This document shows positions 1 through 9,953 of a DNA stretch of 64,000 bases, in pieces; position 1 is the stretch's first letter; the number at the start of each line of letters is the position of its first letter. The position numbers and the translations under genes were made by a program. Source of the stretch: Candidatus Gastranaerophilales bacterium (GTDB lineage: Bacteria > Cyanobacteriota > Vampirovibrionia > Gastranaerophilales > CAJFVJ01); contig CALUSR010000001.1 of the NCBI GenBank assembly GCA_944323485.1, positions 482,123 through 546,122 of the forward strand, read 5' to 3'. The notes beneath the pieces were generated by a model that saw only the letters and a list, made by a program, of their open reading frames with translations, had not been told where the DNA came from and searched no databases.

Positions 1-438
1 AGAACTGCAAGCAGTTCTGCGGGACGTTCTTCTTCATCAGGTCAGGGAAAAGCAAATTCGCCATATTCTTTGGGAAGCGGTAATATAGGAAATCCCAGTC
101 CCGGTAACCCGAATGGAAGACCCGGTATTGATGCGATAAAAGAACCTGATTTCGGTCCTTATATGAGAGATTTGCAGGATCGTATCAAAAGAAGATGGGA
201 ACCGCCGAGAGGAAATGAAAGCAAGCGTGTTGTTCTTTTGTTCAAAATAGCAAAAGACGGAAGATTGTTGAGCGTTTCTATGGTGAAAAGTTCAGGGCTT
301 CCGGCTGCCGATAAAGCAGCAATATCCGCGGTTGAGAATGCTGCTCCGTTCAAACCGCTTCCGCCTGAATTCAGAGGCTCTAATGTAGAAATTCAATTTA
401 CATTTGACTATAACGTATTTGGAGCATCAAGATACTAA
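1..438 (+). CDS. TonB/TolA family energy transducer, C-terminal part (5' truncated by the window edge)
   Basis: The frame is open from base 1. A Gly/Ser/Pro-rich linker is followed by a TonB_C-like domain (YMRDLQDRIKRRW..P..., F.I.KDGRL..., SSG...D.AAISAV..AAPF.PLP). It lies upstream of exbB/exbD homologs. Confidence 0.8.
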   Translation, partial: RTASSSAGRSSSSGQGKANSPYSLGSGNIGNPSPGNPNGRPGIDAIKEPDFGPYMRDLQDRIKRRWEPPRGNESKRVVLLFKIAKDGRLLSVSMVKSSGLPAADKAAISAVENAAPFKPLPPEFRGSNVEIQFTFDYNVFGASRY

Positions 439-476
439 TGATTAAGGAAATAATTACGTAAGCGAGGTATATATTT

Positions 477-1133
477 ATGGAACTTTTATTACATTCTATT
501 AAGCTTGACTGGCCTGTATTGCTGCCGATTTTGATTTGTTCTATTTTGGTGGTGGCTGTAGCTATTACAAGAATATCTTTTTACAACAACAACAAACGTG
601 ATGTTGTAAAGTTCATTCAACGTCTTCAAAAAGAACTTTCAAAAAATAATTTGGAAGCAGCGCAAACTCTAAGCGAACAACTCGGCGGTGTTATCGGTGA
701 AGTTTCTGAAGAAGGCATAAGAATTTTATCAGAGCAAAAACATGATTTTTCAAGATCTTTTGATATATCAACCAGCCTTGCAGTCAGAAAACTCGAAAAA
801 CACCTGACCATTCTCGGTACAATAGGCGGTGTTGCTCCGTTCTTAGGTTTGTTCGGTACTGTTGTAAGGATTCTTTATACATTTCAGGATCTCGCAACTC
901 AGGGTAACCAGAGTGCAGCTGTTGCAATGGGTATTGGTTCTGCTTTGATAGCTACCGCATTCGGTCTTGGTGTTGCTATCGTGGCCGTTATTCTTTACAA
1001 CACATTCCAAAGCATTGTAAAACGCTATGAAGATGACTTCCAACTTTTGAAACTATTGTTCCTTAGTTTTTGCGATTCCGAACAAAAAGCAAAATCAGAT
1101 GACTTTGTCGTTCAGTCAGTAACTCTTGATTAA
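477..1133 (+). CDS. exbB: MotA/TolQ/ExbB proton channel protein
   Basis: LGTIGGVAPFLGLFGTV and ALIATAFGLGVAI motifs; three TM segments. Confidence 0.9.
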   Translation: MELLLHSIKLDWPVLLPILICSILVVAVAITRISFYNNNKRDVVKFIQRLQKELSKNNLEAAQTLSEQLGGVIGEVSEEGIRILSEQKHDFSRSFDISTSLAVRKLEKHLTILGTIGGVAPFLGLFGTVVRILYTFQDLATQGNQSAAVAMGIGSALIATAFGLGVAIVAVILYNTFQSIVKRYEDDFQLLKLLFLSFCDSEQKAKSDDFVVQSVTLD

Positions 1134-1161
1134 TCAATTTTCTGAATAAGGTGAATATAAA

Positions 1162-1626
1162 ATGGCTATGAAATCAGGCGATTCTAAAGATAAAGGTTTG
1201 TTTACGGAGATAAATATTACTCCGTTGACGGATATATTCCTCGTTTTGCTGATTATTATGATGGTTGTTGCTCCTATGTTCCAGAGCATTGACAAACAGA
1301 TAGAAATTCCTGAGATTAACAGCGGAATATCTATTGAAGAAGGAAAGACAGTTTTATCCGTTTCAAAAGAAGGACATTTTTATATTGACGGGCGTGAGAT
1401 TAATCCTGCTTTTTTGAGTGATGAGCTGATTTCCGTTGCATCAGAAAAAAAACAAAAAGAAATTGTTCTTAAAGCTGATGCAATGGTGAAGAGCAAAGAA
1501 ATAATGAACATAATGAGAGCGTCTGAAGAAGCCGGTTTTGAAAAACTTGTTGTAGCAGGAGAGCCACTGTCGAAAAAAGACCAGCGTGAGCTTGCTGAAC
1601 AAAACAAAAATTTTTCCGAGGAATAG
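1162..1626 (+). CDS. exbD: ExbD/TolR biopolymer transport protein
   Basis: EINITPLTDIFLVLLIIMMV signature. Confidence 0.9.
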   Translation: MAMKSGDSKDKGLFTEINITPLTDIFLVLLIIMMVVAPMFQSIDKQIEIPEINSGISIEEGKTVLSVSKEGHFYIDGREINPAFLSDELISVASEKKQKEIVLKADAMVKSKEIMNIMRASEEAGFEKLVVAGEPLSKKDQRELAEQNKNFSEE

Positions 1627-1632
1627 AATAAG

Positions 1633-2016
1633 ATGAAAAAACGTGATTCTTTTAATGAAATAAACATAACACCTTTAACGGATATATTTCTCGTATTGTT
1701 GATTATAATGATGGTCATAGCCCCTATGCTTGACCAACAGGGACTGAATTTGATGGTTCCTCAAAGAGTTGAATCAGAGAATCAGGATCAGCCTAAAACA
1801 ATTAATATTCTTGTATCCAGCAATGGTACTTATTCTATTGATGACCGTCAAATTTCCGAGGACAGACTTTTGTTTGAGATTCAAGATAGAGCAAAACATT
1901 ATAAAGACGGCGTTCTGATAAAAACCGAAGATGATGCTACCCATGGTGCTGTTGTAAAAGTTATGGACGCTGCAAGAAATGCCGGTGTGACAAATGTTTC
2001 TCTTGTTGAACTTTAG
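1633..2016 (+). CDS. exbD: ExbD/TolR biopolymer transport protein, second copy
   Basis: EINITPLTDIFLVLLIIMMV signature; C-terminal HG.VVKVMDAARNAG. Confidence 0.9.
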   Translation: MKKRDSFNEINITPLTDIFLVLLIIMMVIAPMLDQQGLNLMVPQRVESENQDQPKTINILVSSNGTYSIDDRQISEDRLLFEIQDRAKHYKDGVLIKTEDDATHGAVVKVMDAARNAGVTNVSLVEL

Positions 2017-2059
2017 TAATTTTATTAGTGGTTGTTGTTAAAAATAAGGATTTGAAAAA

Positions 2060-4183
2060 GTGAAAAGGAGCGGTTTTTTATTTGCCTGTGCACTAAGCGG
2101 CTTCATTGCATTAAATATGTGTTCTTATGCGGCTAATAACTACAATTTGTTGTTAGACCCTCAGCAAACTTATTCTTCTGAAATATTCCGTCTTGAAAAA
2201 AATTTGAAATCAAACTCTGCAAACAAACAAACAAGAGATAAACTCATAAAAACTTATTGTGATAAAGCAAATCAGGCAATAAACAACGATGGAAACCTTG
2301 ATGAAGCTCTGAATGATTATCGAATGGCTGTATATTATCTCAAATATTATATTCCGGTAGGGCTTACTTATGACGATAATACAAAAGCCTCGGAAATTGA
2401 CTCAAAGATAAAAGAAATTCTTGCTAAACAGCAAAAAGGCGTATCTCCGGATGCACGTTTTAAAGAAGCAAAACGTTTGAGAGGGATGGGGTATTTCCCT
2501 CAAGCTGTTGTTGAATATAAAGAAGCAGCAAAGAGCCAATCTCTTGCCAAGTCATCCTATGAAGCAATCGGTGACATAATGATGGTTATGGCGAAGCCTG
2601 TTGAAGCTGCAAAGAATTATGATGAATGTCTGAAAATTAATTCTAAAGACGCCAAAATGCATTTGAAACTTGCACGTGCTCTGCATAAAACAGGGAATAT
2701 GGAGTCAGCTCTGCAAGAATATACGCTTGCTTTAAATGACCCGTCTTTGCAGGAAGAAGTCGCACCTGTTGTAGAAGAACTTTCTCTTGATAAGATTAGC
2801 AAAAACCCTGAAGATCCGAATTCATATATTGATCTCGGGCGTACTTATGAAAAACGCGGAAAATACAATGATGCAATGACATATTATACAAAAGCGAGGG
2901 ATGTTGACCCGTCAAACAGGACAGCCCTTGTGAATATTGCTGCTGTGCAGGCGAAACAGGGGGATTATGCAAAAGCTATAGAAGCTTATGATAATATTCT
3001 TGCCGCAAATCCTAACAATGAGGTGGTTCACTATGATAAGGCTGTGGCGCTGCGTGGTTTGAAACAATATAAACCTGCAATGGACGAGCTTGTGTATGCT
3101 TTGCGAATTGATCCGAATTATGAAGAAGCAAAGATTCTTCTGCTTAAGATAATTGACGAAGATTTGGCAATGGACGAATCACTAAATATGCTTTCTATGC
3201 TTGTTGGTGCTAATCCTCAGGATGAAACTGTGATTATGGTCTATGGAAATAAATTATATCGGGCAAATAAAGATTTTGAAGCAATTAAACAATATGATAA
3301 GGTTATTGCAATCAATCCGAAAAATGCCGATGCTTATATTAATAAAGCAAGATTGTATGAACGAAATAACGACATCAATAATGCGATAGCTGCTGCAAAA
3401 GCAGGCATGGCGGCAAATCCCGGTAATACTGCGCTTGAAAAAGTTTTGAAAGATGTTTCTGCAAAGCAGAAGTATGCTCAGCTTGATGAAGCTTTGAAGC
3501 TATATGAGCAGGGAGATTATCAGGGGGCATTGAATATTTATCTCTCCGATAAAAATCCTTCCGAAGACACGTTGATGAATATAGGCGGGTGTTATTACGG
3601 CATTCAGGATTATGATAAATCTATAGAATATTATAATAAAGCGTTGTTAAAAAATCCGAAAAATGACAGAGCTCTTTTGTATATCGGCGGCAGCTACTAT
3701 TCAAAAGGAGATACTCAAAAAGCTGTTGAATATTATAAAAAAGCTCTTGCTCTGAAACCAAACGATAAGGATATAAAAGAAGCTCTTAGTATAGCTAACC
3801 AAAATCTCGGGGATGATATGCTTGAAAAAGCGCTTGCTCTATACAATGAAGGTAAGTTCAATGAAACATACGGCATGCTAAACCAAATACTTAAGCTGAA
3901 TCCGACTAGCGCTTATGCTTATTATTATCGTGCGCTGATTTATGATGAATGGAAGAAATATCCTCAAGCAATTGCTGACTACAAAAAGACAATCAGTTAC
4001 ATGCCCGAGCTTGATACAGCTTATTACTCAATAGCTGTTGACTATGACACATTGAATGATTATGCTAATGCAAGGTCGAATTATCAGAAATTTTTATCAA
4101 TGAATCAGGGAAAAAACGATACATATACTGATTATGCTAAATCAAGAGTATCTGAATTGAACAGAATTCTGACGAAAAAATAA
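2060..4183 (+). CDS. Exported tetratricopeptide repeat protein
   Basis: N-terminal signal-like segment and many TPR units (e.g. SYIDLGRTYEKRGKYNDAMTYYTKARDVDP). Confidence 0.85.
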   Translation: MKRSGFLFACALSGFIALNMCSYAANNYNLLLDPQQTYSSEIFRLEKNLKSNSANKQTRDKLIKTYCDKANQAINNDGNLDEALNDYRMAVYYLKYYIPVGLTYDDNTKASEIDSKIKEILAKQQKGVSPDARFKEAKRLRGMGYFPQAVVEYKEAAKSQSLAKSSYEAIGDIMMVMAKPVEAAKNYDECLKINSKDAKMHLKLARALHKTGNMESALQEYTLALNDPSLQEEVAPVVEELSLDKISKNPEDPNSYIDLGRTYEKRGKYNDAMTYYTKARDVDPSNRTALVNIAAVQAKQGDYAKAIEAYDNILAANPNNEVVHYDKAVALRGLKQYKPAMDELVYALRIDPNYEEAKILLLKIIDEDLAMDESLNMLSMLVGANPQDETVIMVYGNKLYRANKDFEAIKQYDKVIAINPKNADAYINKARLYERNNDINNAIAAAKAGMAANPGNTALEKVLKDVSAKQKYAQLDEALKLYEQGDYQGALNIYLSDKNPSEDTLMNIGGCYYGIQDYDKSIEYYNKALLKNPKNDRALLYIGGSYYSKGDTQKAVEYYKKALALKPNDKDIKEALSIANQNLGDDMLEKALALYNEGKFNETYGMLNQILKLNPTSAYAYYYRALIYDEWKKYPQAIADYKKTISYMPELDTAYYSIAVDYDTLNDYANARSNYQKFLSMNQGKNDTYTDYAKSRVSELNRILTKK

Positions 4184-4195
4184 AAAGGATTTATT

Positions 4196-5176
4196 GTGGG
4201 CGGTTTGAGAGTCAGGGATATTGAGTTTGATAGTAATGTTTTTCTTGCGCCTATGGCGGGAATTACTGATACCGTATTCAGACAGCTTATCAGAAAATAT
4301 GCCCCAAAAGCTCCTCTTTATACTGAAATGATTAGTTCAGAAGGGCTTGCGGTCAAACAGGATATAGTGTTGGTAAAGGCTGAAAAAAACGAGTACCCAG
4401 TTATTTATCAAATTTCGGGTCATAAGCCTCATCTTATGGCAGAAGCAGCAAAAATTTTAGAACCAAGAGCAACAATGATTGATATAAATATGGGATGTCC
4501 CGTAAATAAAGTTGTGAAAGGTTCTGATGGTTCCGCTTTGATGAAAAATCCGAAGCTTGCATCTGAGATTATTACAGCGGTCAGGGAGGCTGTAAATATT
4601 CCGGTAAGCCTAAAAACCCGCCTCGGATGGGATATGAAATCAAAGAATTATCTTGAATTTTCAAAGATGGTCGAAGACTCGGGCGCTGATATGATAATGG
4701 TGCATGGACGAACCCGCTCCCAGATGTATGCGGAAACAGCAAACTGGGAGGAAATCGGAAAGGTTAAGCAAAATGTCAGCATTCCTGTTATTGCAAACGG
4801 GGATATTGTATCTGTTGAAACAGCAAAAAAATGCCTTGAAATTTCAGGCTGTGACGGAATAGCCGTCGGACGCGGCACTCTGGGTGATATGGAACTGATA
4901 GGTAGAATAGAGAGCTATTTGAAAGACGGTGTTGTTAAACCACCGCCGACAGTTGAAGATAAGCTGAAGACGGCGCTTGAACATGCAAGAATGGAAATTG
5001 CGCTGAGAGGAGAGAGAGTCGGGTTAAAGTTTATGCGCAAATTTTTTGCCTGGTATGTAACAGGCGTAAAAAATGCGGCTAAATATCGTTTTGAACTTGT
5101 GCGTGTTGAAAAACTCAGTGAAGCTGAGGAAATTTTTGAAAGAATTCTGGAGGAGCAGAAAACAGGTGTGCTCTGA
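4196..5176 (+). CDS. dusB: tRNA-dihydrouridine synthase B
   Basis: LAPMAGITD, IDINMGCP, GSALM, VHGRTR and VIANGDI motifs. Confidence 0.93.
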   Translation: MGGLRVRDIEFDSNVFLAPMAGITDTVFRQLIRKYAPKAPLYTEMISSEGLAVKQDIVLVKAEKNEYPVIYQISGHKPHLMAEAAKILEPRATMIDINMGCPVNKVVKGSDGSALMKNPKLASEIITAVREAVNIPVSLKTRLGWDMKSKNYLEFSKMVEDSGADMIMVHGRTRSQMYAETANWEEIGKVKQNVSIPVIANGDIVSVETAKKCLEISGCDGIAVGRGTLGDMELIGRIESYLKDGVVKPPPTVEDKLKTALEHARMEIALRGERVGLKFMRKFFAWYVTGVKNAAKYRFELVRVEKLSEAEEIFERILEEQKTGVL

Positions 5177-5468
5177 TAAATTTTATACTTATATTCTGTT
5201 GACTGAGCGAAATACTTTTTACTGCGGCTATACGAATGATATTAAAAAACGCTTTGAACAGCATAAAAGCGGACATGGTGCAAAATATACAAGAGTGTTT
5301 AAGCCTGTTGAAATTGTTTATTTTGCGGAGTTTGACACAAAATCAGACGCCATGAAACATGAAGCTTTTATAAAAAAAATGAACAGAAAACAAAAAGAGT
5401 TTCTTATATCACAGTTTAATAGGGATGAATTATCACGATTAAGTTTACAAAAAATTAATATACAGTAA
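5166..5468 (+). CDS. Stand-alone GIY-YIG nuclease family protein (UPF0213-like)
   Basis: YTYILL...FYCGYTND..KRFEQH..G.GAKYTR motif. I reassign the start to GTG 5166, with GGAGG at 5149-5153, overlapping the dusB stop. Confidence 0.8.
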   Translation: MCSDKFYTYILLTERNTFYCGYTNDIKKRFEQHKSGHGAKYTRVFKPVEIVYFAEFDTKSDAMKHEAFIKKMNRKQKEFLISQFNRDELSRLSLQKINIQ

Positions 5469-5630
5469 AAATTTTTAACAACATAAATTCTGAAAATCCT
5501 TTCTTTGAAATGGTTTTAAAATTGCAGTCAAAATTTAAAAAAATATCTGAAAAAAACATTTGCCATCAAAAATAATTTTATTATAGAATTAATAGCTCAT
5601 AACGGTAAAACAAGGAAGATAAGGATTTTT

Positions 5631-5804
5631 ATGGATGTTGTCAAACTCTACCCGGATTATATAAAAACGGACAGGAGACAGGAATTTAAAGAAATTTTTG
5701 TAGAAAAAAGAATCAGAAAATTTGACAGGCGTAAGAAAAAACGTCTCGTTTTGTTAAATAAAATATTGAGAGATATAAGAAAAATCAAACATTTATTCGA
5801 CTAA
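5631..5804 (+). CDS. Small basic hypothetical protein, 57 aa (not in the ORF track)
   Basis: ATG 5631 with AAGGA 5 nt upstream; MDVVKLYPDYIKTDRRQEFKEIFVEKRIRKFDRRKKKRLVLLNKILRDIRKIKHLFD; stop TAA 5802-5804. Confidence 0.55.
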   Translation: MDVVKLYPDYIKTDRRQEFKEIFVEKRIRKFDRRKKKRLVLLNKILRDIRKIKHLFD

Positions 5805-5819
5805 ATATTACCTAAATGT

Positions 5820-5849
5820 TTTACACTTTTTTTATTTACGATGTATAAT
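5820..5849 (+). promoter_or_regulatory. Sigma70-type promoter of the atp operon
   Basis: TTTACA-18 nt-TATAAT, 43 nt upstream of atpB. Confidence 0.5.
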
Positions 5850-5892
5850 ATTTGTTGTGAGAATAACAATTATTATTTAGTCGAGGATAAAA

Positions 5893-6585
5893 GTGGAAAT
5901 TAGTTTCGGAGAGCATTGGATAGAACATATCGGACCTCTGCAGGTTCATGTCGATACTATTTTGACAGCCTGGTTGGCTATGGCTTTTTTGATAATAGTT
6001 GCCCTTATAATCAGATTTAATTTGGATAGAATTCCGTCAAAAATTCAAGCACTGGCAGAGATGGCGCTTGACTTTATCAAGAATATGGCAACAGGTCAAA
6101 TAGGCAAAGACGGACGAAAACATATTGCCCTGATAGCATCTTTGTTTTTGTTTATCCTGACTGCCAATTTGATGGGGCAGCTCCCATGGAAACTGATACA
6201 CCTGAAAGAGGGAGAGTTTGCTTCTCCTACAAATGATATAAACACAACGGCAGCATTAGCAATAATTGTTCTTATCTATTATCTCGGTGCAGGTATTATG
6301 AAAAAAGGTCTCTTAGGACATATAAAACACTATTTCCAGCCTGTGTGGTTTATGGCACCGATGAACCTGCTAGAAGATGTCACACGACCTTTTTCTCTGG
6401 CATTGAGGCTTTTTGCGAATATTCTTGCCGGTGAAGTTATTATAATGGTTTTGGTAGCTTTGATACCTGTAGGTTTGCCTATACCTATGGTGTTATTTGA
6501 ATTGTTTGTGGCATTTATCCAGGCATTTATCTTTGCCATACTTGCCGCATCTTACATAGGCGCAGTTACTTCAGAAGAACATTAA
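5893..6585 (+). CDS. atpB: F0F1 ATP synthase subunit a
   Basis: PT.DINTT.ALA and FSLALRLFANILAGE motifs; first atp gene. Confidence 0.95.
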   Translation: MEISFGEHWIEHIGPLQVHVDTILTAWLAMAFLIIVALIIRFNLDRIPSKIQALAEMALDFIKNMATGQIGKDGRKHIALIASLFLFILTANLMGQLPWKLIHLKEGEFASPTNDINTTAALAIIVLIYYLGAGIMKKGLLGHIKHYFQPVWFMAPMNLLEDVTRPFSLALRLFANILAGEVIIMVLVALIPVGLPIPMVLFELFVAFIQAFIFAILAASYIGAVTSEEH

Positions 6586-6619
6586 ACATTAATTTCAGTA
6601 TTATAGGAGAAATTTAAAA

Positions 6620-6853
6620 ATGGAAACAAAAGCGATCGCATTATTGGCAATGGGTTTGGCAATCGGTTTAGGAGCTATCGGGCCTGGTCTCGGAATGGGA
6701 CATGCCGTAGCATCTGCTATTGAAGCAACAGCCCGTCAGCCGGAAGCTGAAGGAAAAGTCAGAACATTGATGTTTATCGGTCTTGCATTCCTTGAAGCGT
6801 TAGCTTTGTATGCATTGGTTATCGCTTTCATCATTATGGCTCAAATAGGCTAG
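6620..6853 (+). CDS. atpE: F0F1 ATP synthase subunit c
   Basis: GLGAIGPGLG, ARQPEAEG and FLEAL motifs. Confidence 0.97.
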   Translation: METKAIALLAMGLAIGLGAIGPGLGMGHAVASAIEATARQPEAEGKVRTLMFIGLAFLEALALYALVIAFIIMAQIG

Positions 6854-6883
6854 TTTTTAAGAAAGATAATTACGGGTTAAATT

Positions 6884-7339
6884 ATGTTAGAGTTTGATGC
6901 AACAGCTATAGTCATCGCAATTAGTTTTATAGTATTTATGCTTATAATGAATGCTATTTTCTATAAACCTCTTTTGAAATTGCAGGATGAACGCGAGGAT
7001 TACATCGCAAATAATAAACAGCAGGCTCAAAACTATCAAAATGAGGCGCAGGGTTTGCTGTCTGAGCATGATGAGATTATTAAACAAACAAAAAAACAGG
7101 CAAAAGATATAATCTCTGATGTCCTTGAAAAAGCCAAAAACGAAAAAGGTGAAAAAGTTGCTGAGGCTAATCAACAAGCTTCAGAAAGAATCCGCAGTTT
7201 TCATGATGAGATGGCTGTTGCAAAAACTCAGCTTAAAGACTCTCTTTCAAATGACATGCATGAAATAGCCCGTCAGATTTCTTCAAAGATTTTAGGGGAG
7301 GAAGTTCCTCTTATTGTTAACAATCAGGATAAAAGGTAA
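6884..7339 (+). CDS. F0F1 ATP synthase subunit b'
   Basis: N-terminal TM (FDAT...F...LN..FYKPL) plus coiled coil; first of two b-type genes, as in cyanobacteria. Confidence 0.85.
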   Translation: MLEFDATAIVIAISFIVFMLIMNAIFYKPLLKLQDEREDYIANNKQQAQNYQNEAQGLLSEHDEIIKQTKKQAKDIISDVLEKAKNEKGEKVAEANQQASERIRSFHDEMAVAKTQLKDSLSNDMHEIARQISSKILGEEVPLIVNNQDKR

Positions 7340-7348
7340 AAAATAGTC

Positions 7349-7843
7349 ATGAGTGATTTTATCGGATATATTCTACATTCAAATATTATTAACCTGCTTG
7401 CCGTTGCTGTTTTTCTTGTGTGGCTGGTTAAGAAGTTTAATTTGGTCGGGATTATAGACGGTAAAATTGAGCAGATAAAATCTTTTGTTAAAAACGCCGA
7501 ACAGGAAAGAGAACAAGCTATCGCTGAACTTAAAGAAGTTAAAAACAAAGTGAAGAATATCTCTGAAGAGAAAAAAGAAATTACTCAAGAAGCTCATAAA
7601 ACAGCCGATATGTACAGAGAAAAAATAGAAGCAGAGACAGTACAATCACTGCAGGAAATAGAAAAAAACACTGAAAAATTTCTTGATGCGGAACAAAAAA
7701 GTCTCAAGGAATCAATCAGCAGAGAGGTAGCTCAGGACGCCCTTGAGATAGCAAAAGAACATATAAAACAGGCAATAACCGATGATATGCAAAAAAAATA
7801 TATAAATGATTTCATAGATAGTCTTGATGGGATGAAGGTGTAG
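7349..7843 (+). CDS. atpF: F0F1 ATP synthase subunit b
   Basis: SNIINLL...LV TM plus coiled coil; position before delta. Confidence 0.88.
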   Translation: MSDFIGYILHSNIINLLAVAVFLVWLVKKFNLVGIIDGKIEQIKSFVKNAEQEREQAIAELKEVKNKVKNISEEKKEITQEAHKTADMYREKIEAETVQSLQEIEKNTEKFLDAEQKSLKESISREVAQDALEIAKEHIKQAITDDMQKKYINDFIDSLDGMKV

Positions 7844-7847
7844 GATT

Positions 7848-8402
7848 ATGAAAGAAGATTTGGCATTTAACAAACTTATACTTGTATCTCAAAGATATTG
7901 CGATGCATTGTTTGAAATATCAAAGAGTGATGAAGACCTGAACAGTTTCAAACATGATTTGAATGTCGTAGAAGAGACATTTAAGGAAAATAAAGAATTT
8001 TTGGATGTTATGGAACATCCTACCATCTCAAAAACCGACAAAAAAGATATTTTGAATGCGGTTTTTGAAGGGAAAGTTTCTCAAAATATTTTGAACTTTT
8101 TGAACTTGTTGATAGATAGAAACAGGATGTTTGCGTTCTTTGCAATAGTTCATTTGTTCAATAATAAATTCAATGAAAAACGCAATATAATGTGCGTGGA
8201 AGTAGTCAGCTCAATAGAGATTGATGATGAAATAAAGAACAGGCTGATAAGAAAGCTTGAAGCAATTTATCAGAAAAATGTTTGTCTTGATGTTTCAACG
8301 GATAAAGATATTATCGCAGGCATGATTTTGAAAATCGGTGATAACGTAATCGATGGCAGTGTCAGGACAAAATTGGAAAAGATGAAAAGGCAATTAATAT
8401 AA
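7848..8402 (+). CDS. atpH: F1 ATP synthase subunit delta
   Basis: [15 protein letters not shown] and [19 protein letters not shown] motifs. Confidence 0.93.
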   Translation: MKEDLAFNKLILVSQRYCDALFEISKSDEDLNSFKHDLNVVEETFKENKEFLDVMEHPTISKTDKKDILNAVFEGKVSQNILNFLNLLIDRNRMFAFFAIVHLFNNKFNEKRNIMCVEVVSSIEIDDEIKNRLIRKLEAIYQKNVCLDVSTDKDIIAGMILKIGDNVIDGSVRTKLEKMKRQLI

Positions 8403-8415
8403 AGAGGAAATTTGT

Positions 8416-9939
8416 ATGAGTGCAATAAGACCGGATGAAATAAGCTCAATAATCAAATCAAAAGTCGAAAACTACAAAAACACTCTTGAAGTATCAAATA
8501 TCGGAAGTGTTCTTGAGGTAGGCGACGGTATTGCAAGGGTTTACGGGCTTAGAAATGTAATGTCAGGGGAGTTGATTGAATTTGAAGACGGTCATAATAC
8601 CCTCGGTATTGCATTGAACTTGGAAGAAGACAACGTCGGTGTTGTAATCTTCGGTGAATATAAGTTTATTAAAGAAGGAACAACCGTTAAAACAACAGGA
8701 AGAATTGCTTCGGTGCCGGTAGGCGATGCTCTCCTCGGAAGAATAGTCAACTCTGTCGGTGCTCCTATTGACGGAAAAGGTCCTATCGAAACAGACAGAA
8801 CAAGACCTATTGAGAAAATTGCTCCGGGTATTGTAAAAAGAAAATCAGTTCATCAGCCTCTTCAAACAGGTATCACAGCAATTGATGCATTGACTCCTAT
8901 CGGTAAAGGGCAACGTGAGCTGATTATCGGTGACAGACAAACCGGTAAAACTGCCATCGCTGTTGATACAATCATTAACCAGAAAGGAAAAGACGTAATT
9001 TGTATCTACGTTGCAATCGGACAAAAAACAAGCTCCGTAGCCCGTCTTGCAAAAACTCTCGAGGAACACGGCGCTATGGACTACACAATCATTGTATCCG
9101 CTGCAGCAAATGAGTCTGCTCCTTCTCAATATATCGCACCTTTTGCAGGAACGGCAATGGGCGAAGAGTTTATGGAACAGGGAAGACATGTTCTCATCAT
9201 ATATGATGACTTAATCAGACACGCTCAGGCATACCGTGCGATGTCACTTCTTCTTAGAAGACCGCCTGGTCGTGAAGCTTACCCCGGTGATGTTTTCTAT
9301 CTTCACTCACGTCTTCTGGAACGTGCTGCGAAACTGTCCGATGAACTTGGCGGCGGAAGCATGACTGCACTTCCGATTATTGAAACACAGGCAGGTGATG
9401 TCAGTGCATACATTCCGACAAACGTAATCAGTATTACTGACGGGCAAATCTTTCTTGAAACAGATTTGTTCAACTCAGGCGTAAGACCGGCTATTAACGC
9501 AGGTATATCTGTTTCCCGTGTCGGCGGTGCGGCTCAGACAAAGGCAATTAAATCGGTCGCAGGCAACTTGAGATTGGGTCTTGCACAATATCGAGAACTT
9601 GAAGCATTTGCCCAATTCGCAAGTGATCTTGATAAAGCAACTCAAGACCAGCTTACAAGAGGTTCAAAACTTGTTGAAGTTCTGAAACAACCTCAATACA
9701 AGCCTTTATCAGTTGCTCAGCAGGTATCAATTTTGTTTGCCGTAAATAACGGTATTCTTGATGAAGTTGACAACAAACTGATTGCTGACTTTAAACGTCA
9801 GTGGCTTGAGTACTTCAGTGCAAATCTCCCCGACCTTGAAAACACAATGAACGTAGGAAACAAACTCGGTGAAGAGCAGGAAAAAACACTGAAAGAAGCA
9901 TTGGTTAAATTTAGAGATACCGTTTTTTTAGCTGACTAA
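8416..9939 (+). CDS. atpA: F1 ATP synthase subunit alpha
   Basis: [37 protein letters not shown]. Confidence 0.98.
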   Translation: MSAIRPDEISSIIKSKVENYKNTLEVSNIGSVLEVGDGIARVYGLRNVMSGELIEFEDGHNTLGIALNLEEDNVGVVIFGEYKFIKEGTTVKTTGRIASVPVGDALLGRIVNSVGAPIDGKGPIETDRTRPIEKIAPGIVKRKSVHQPLQTGITAIDALTPIGKGQRELIIGDRQTGKTAIAVDTIINQKGKDVICIYVAIGQKTSSVARLAKTLEEHGAMDYTIIVSAAANESAPSQYIAPFAGTAMGEEFMEQGRHVLIIYDDLIRHAQAYRAMSLLLRRPPGREAYPGDVFYLHSRLLERAAKLSDELGGGSMTALPIIETQAGDVSAYIPTNVISITDGQIFLETDLFNSGVRPAINAGISVSRVGGAAQTKAIKSVAGNLRLGLAQYRELEAFAQFASDLDKATQDQLTRGSKLVEVLKQPQYKPLSVAQQVSILFAVNNGILDEVDNKLIADFKRQWLEYFSANLPDLENTMNVGNKLGEEQEKTLKEALVKFRDTVFLAD

Positions 9940-9953
9940 TCGGAAGGTAGCAT

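Noticed and set aside
5073-5165. N-terminal extension of the GIY-YIG ORF as given in the track
   Set aside because: It overlaps dusB by about 100 nt; GTG 5166 with GGAGG is the better start.
5166-5468. GIY-YIG protein as the mobiliser of the REP-like repeats
   Set aside because: It is not flanked by REPs and looks like the housekeeping-associated UPF0213 type.
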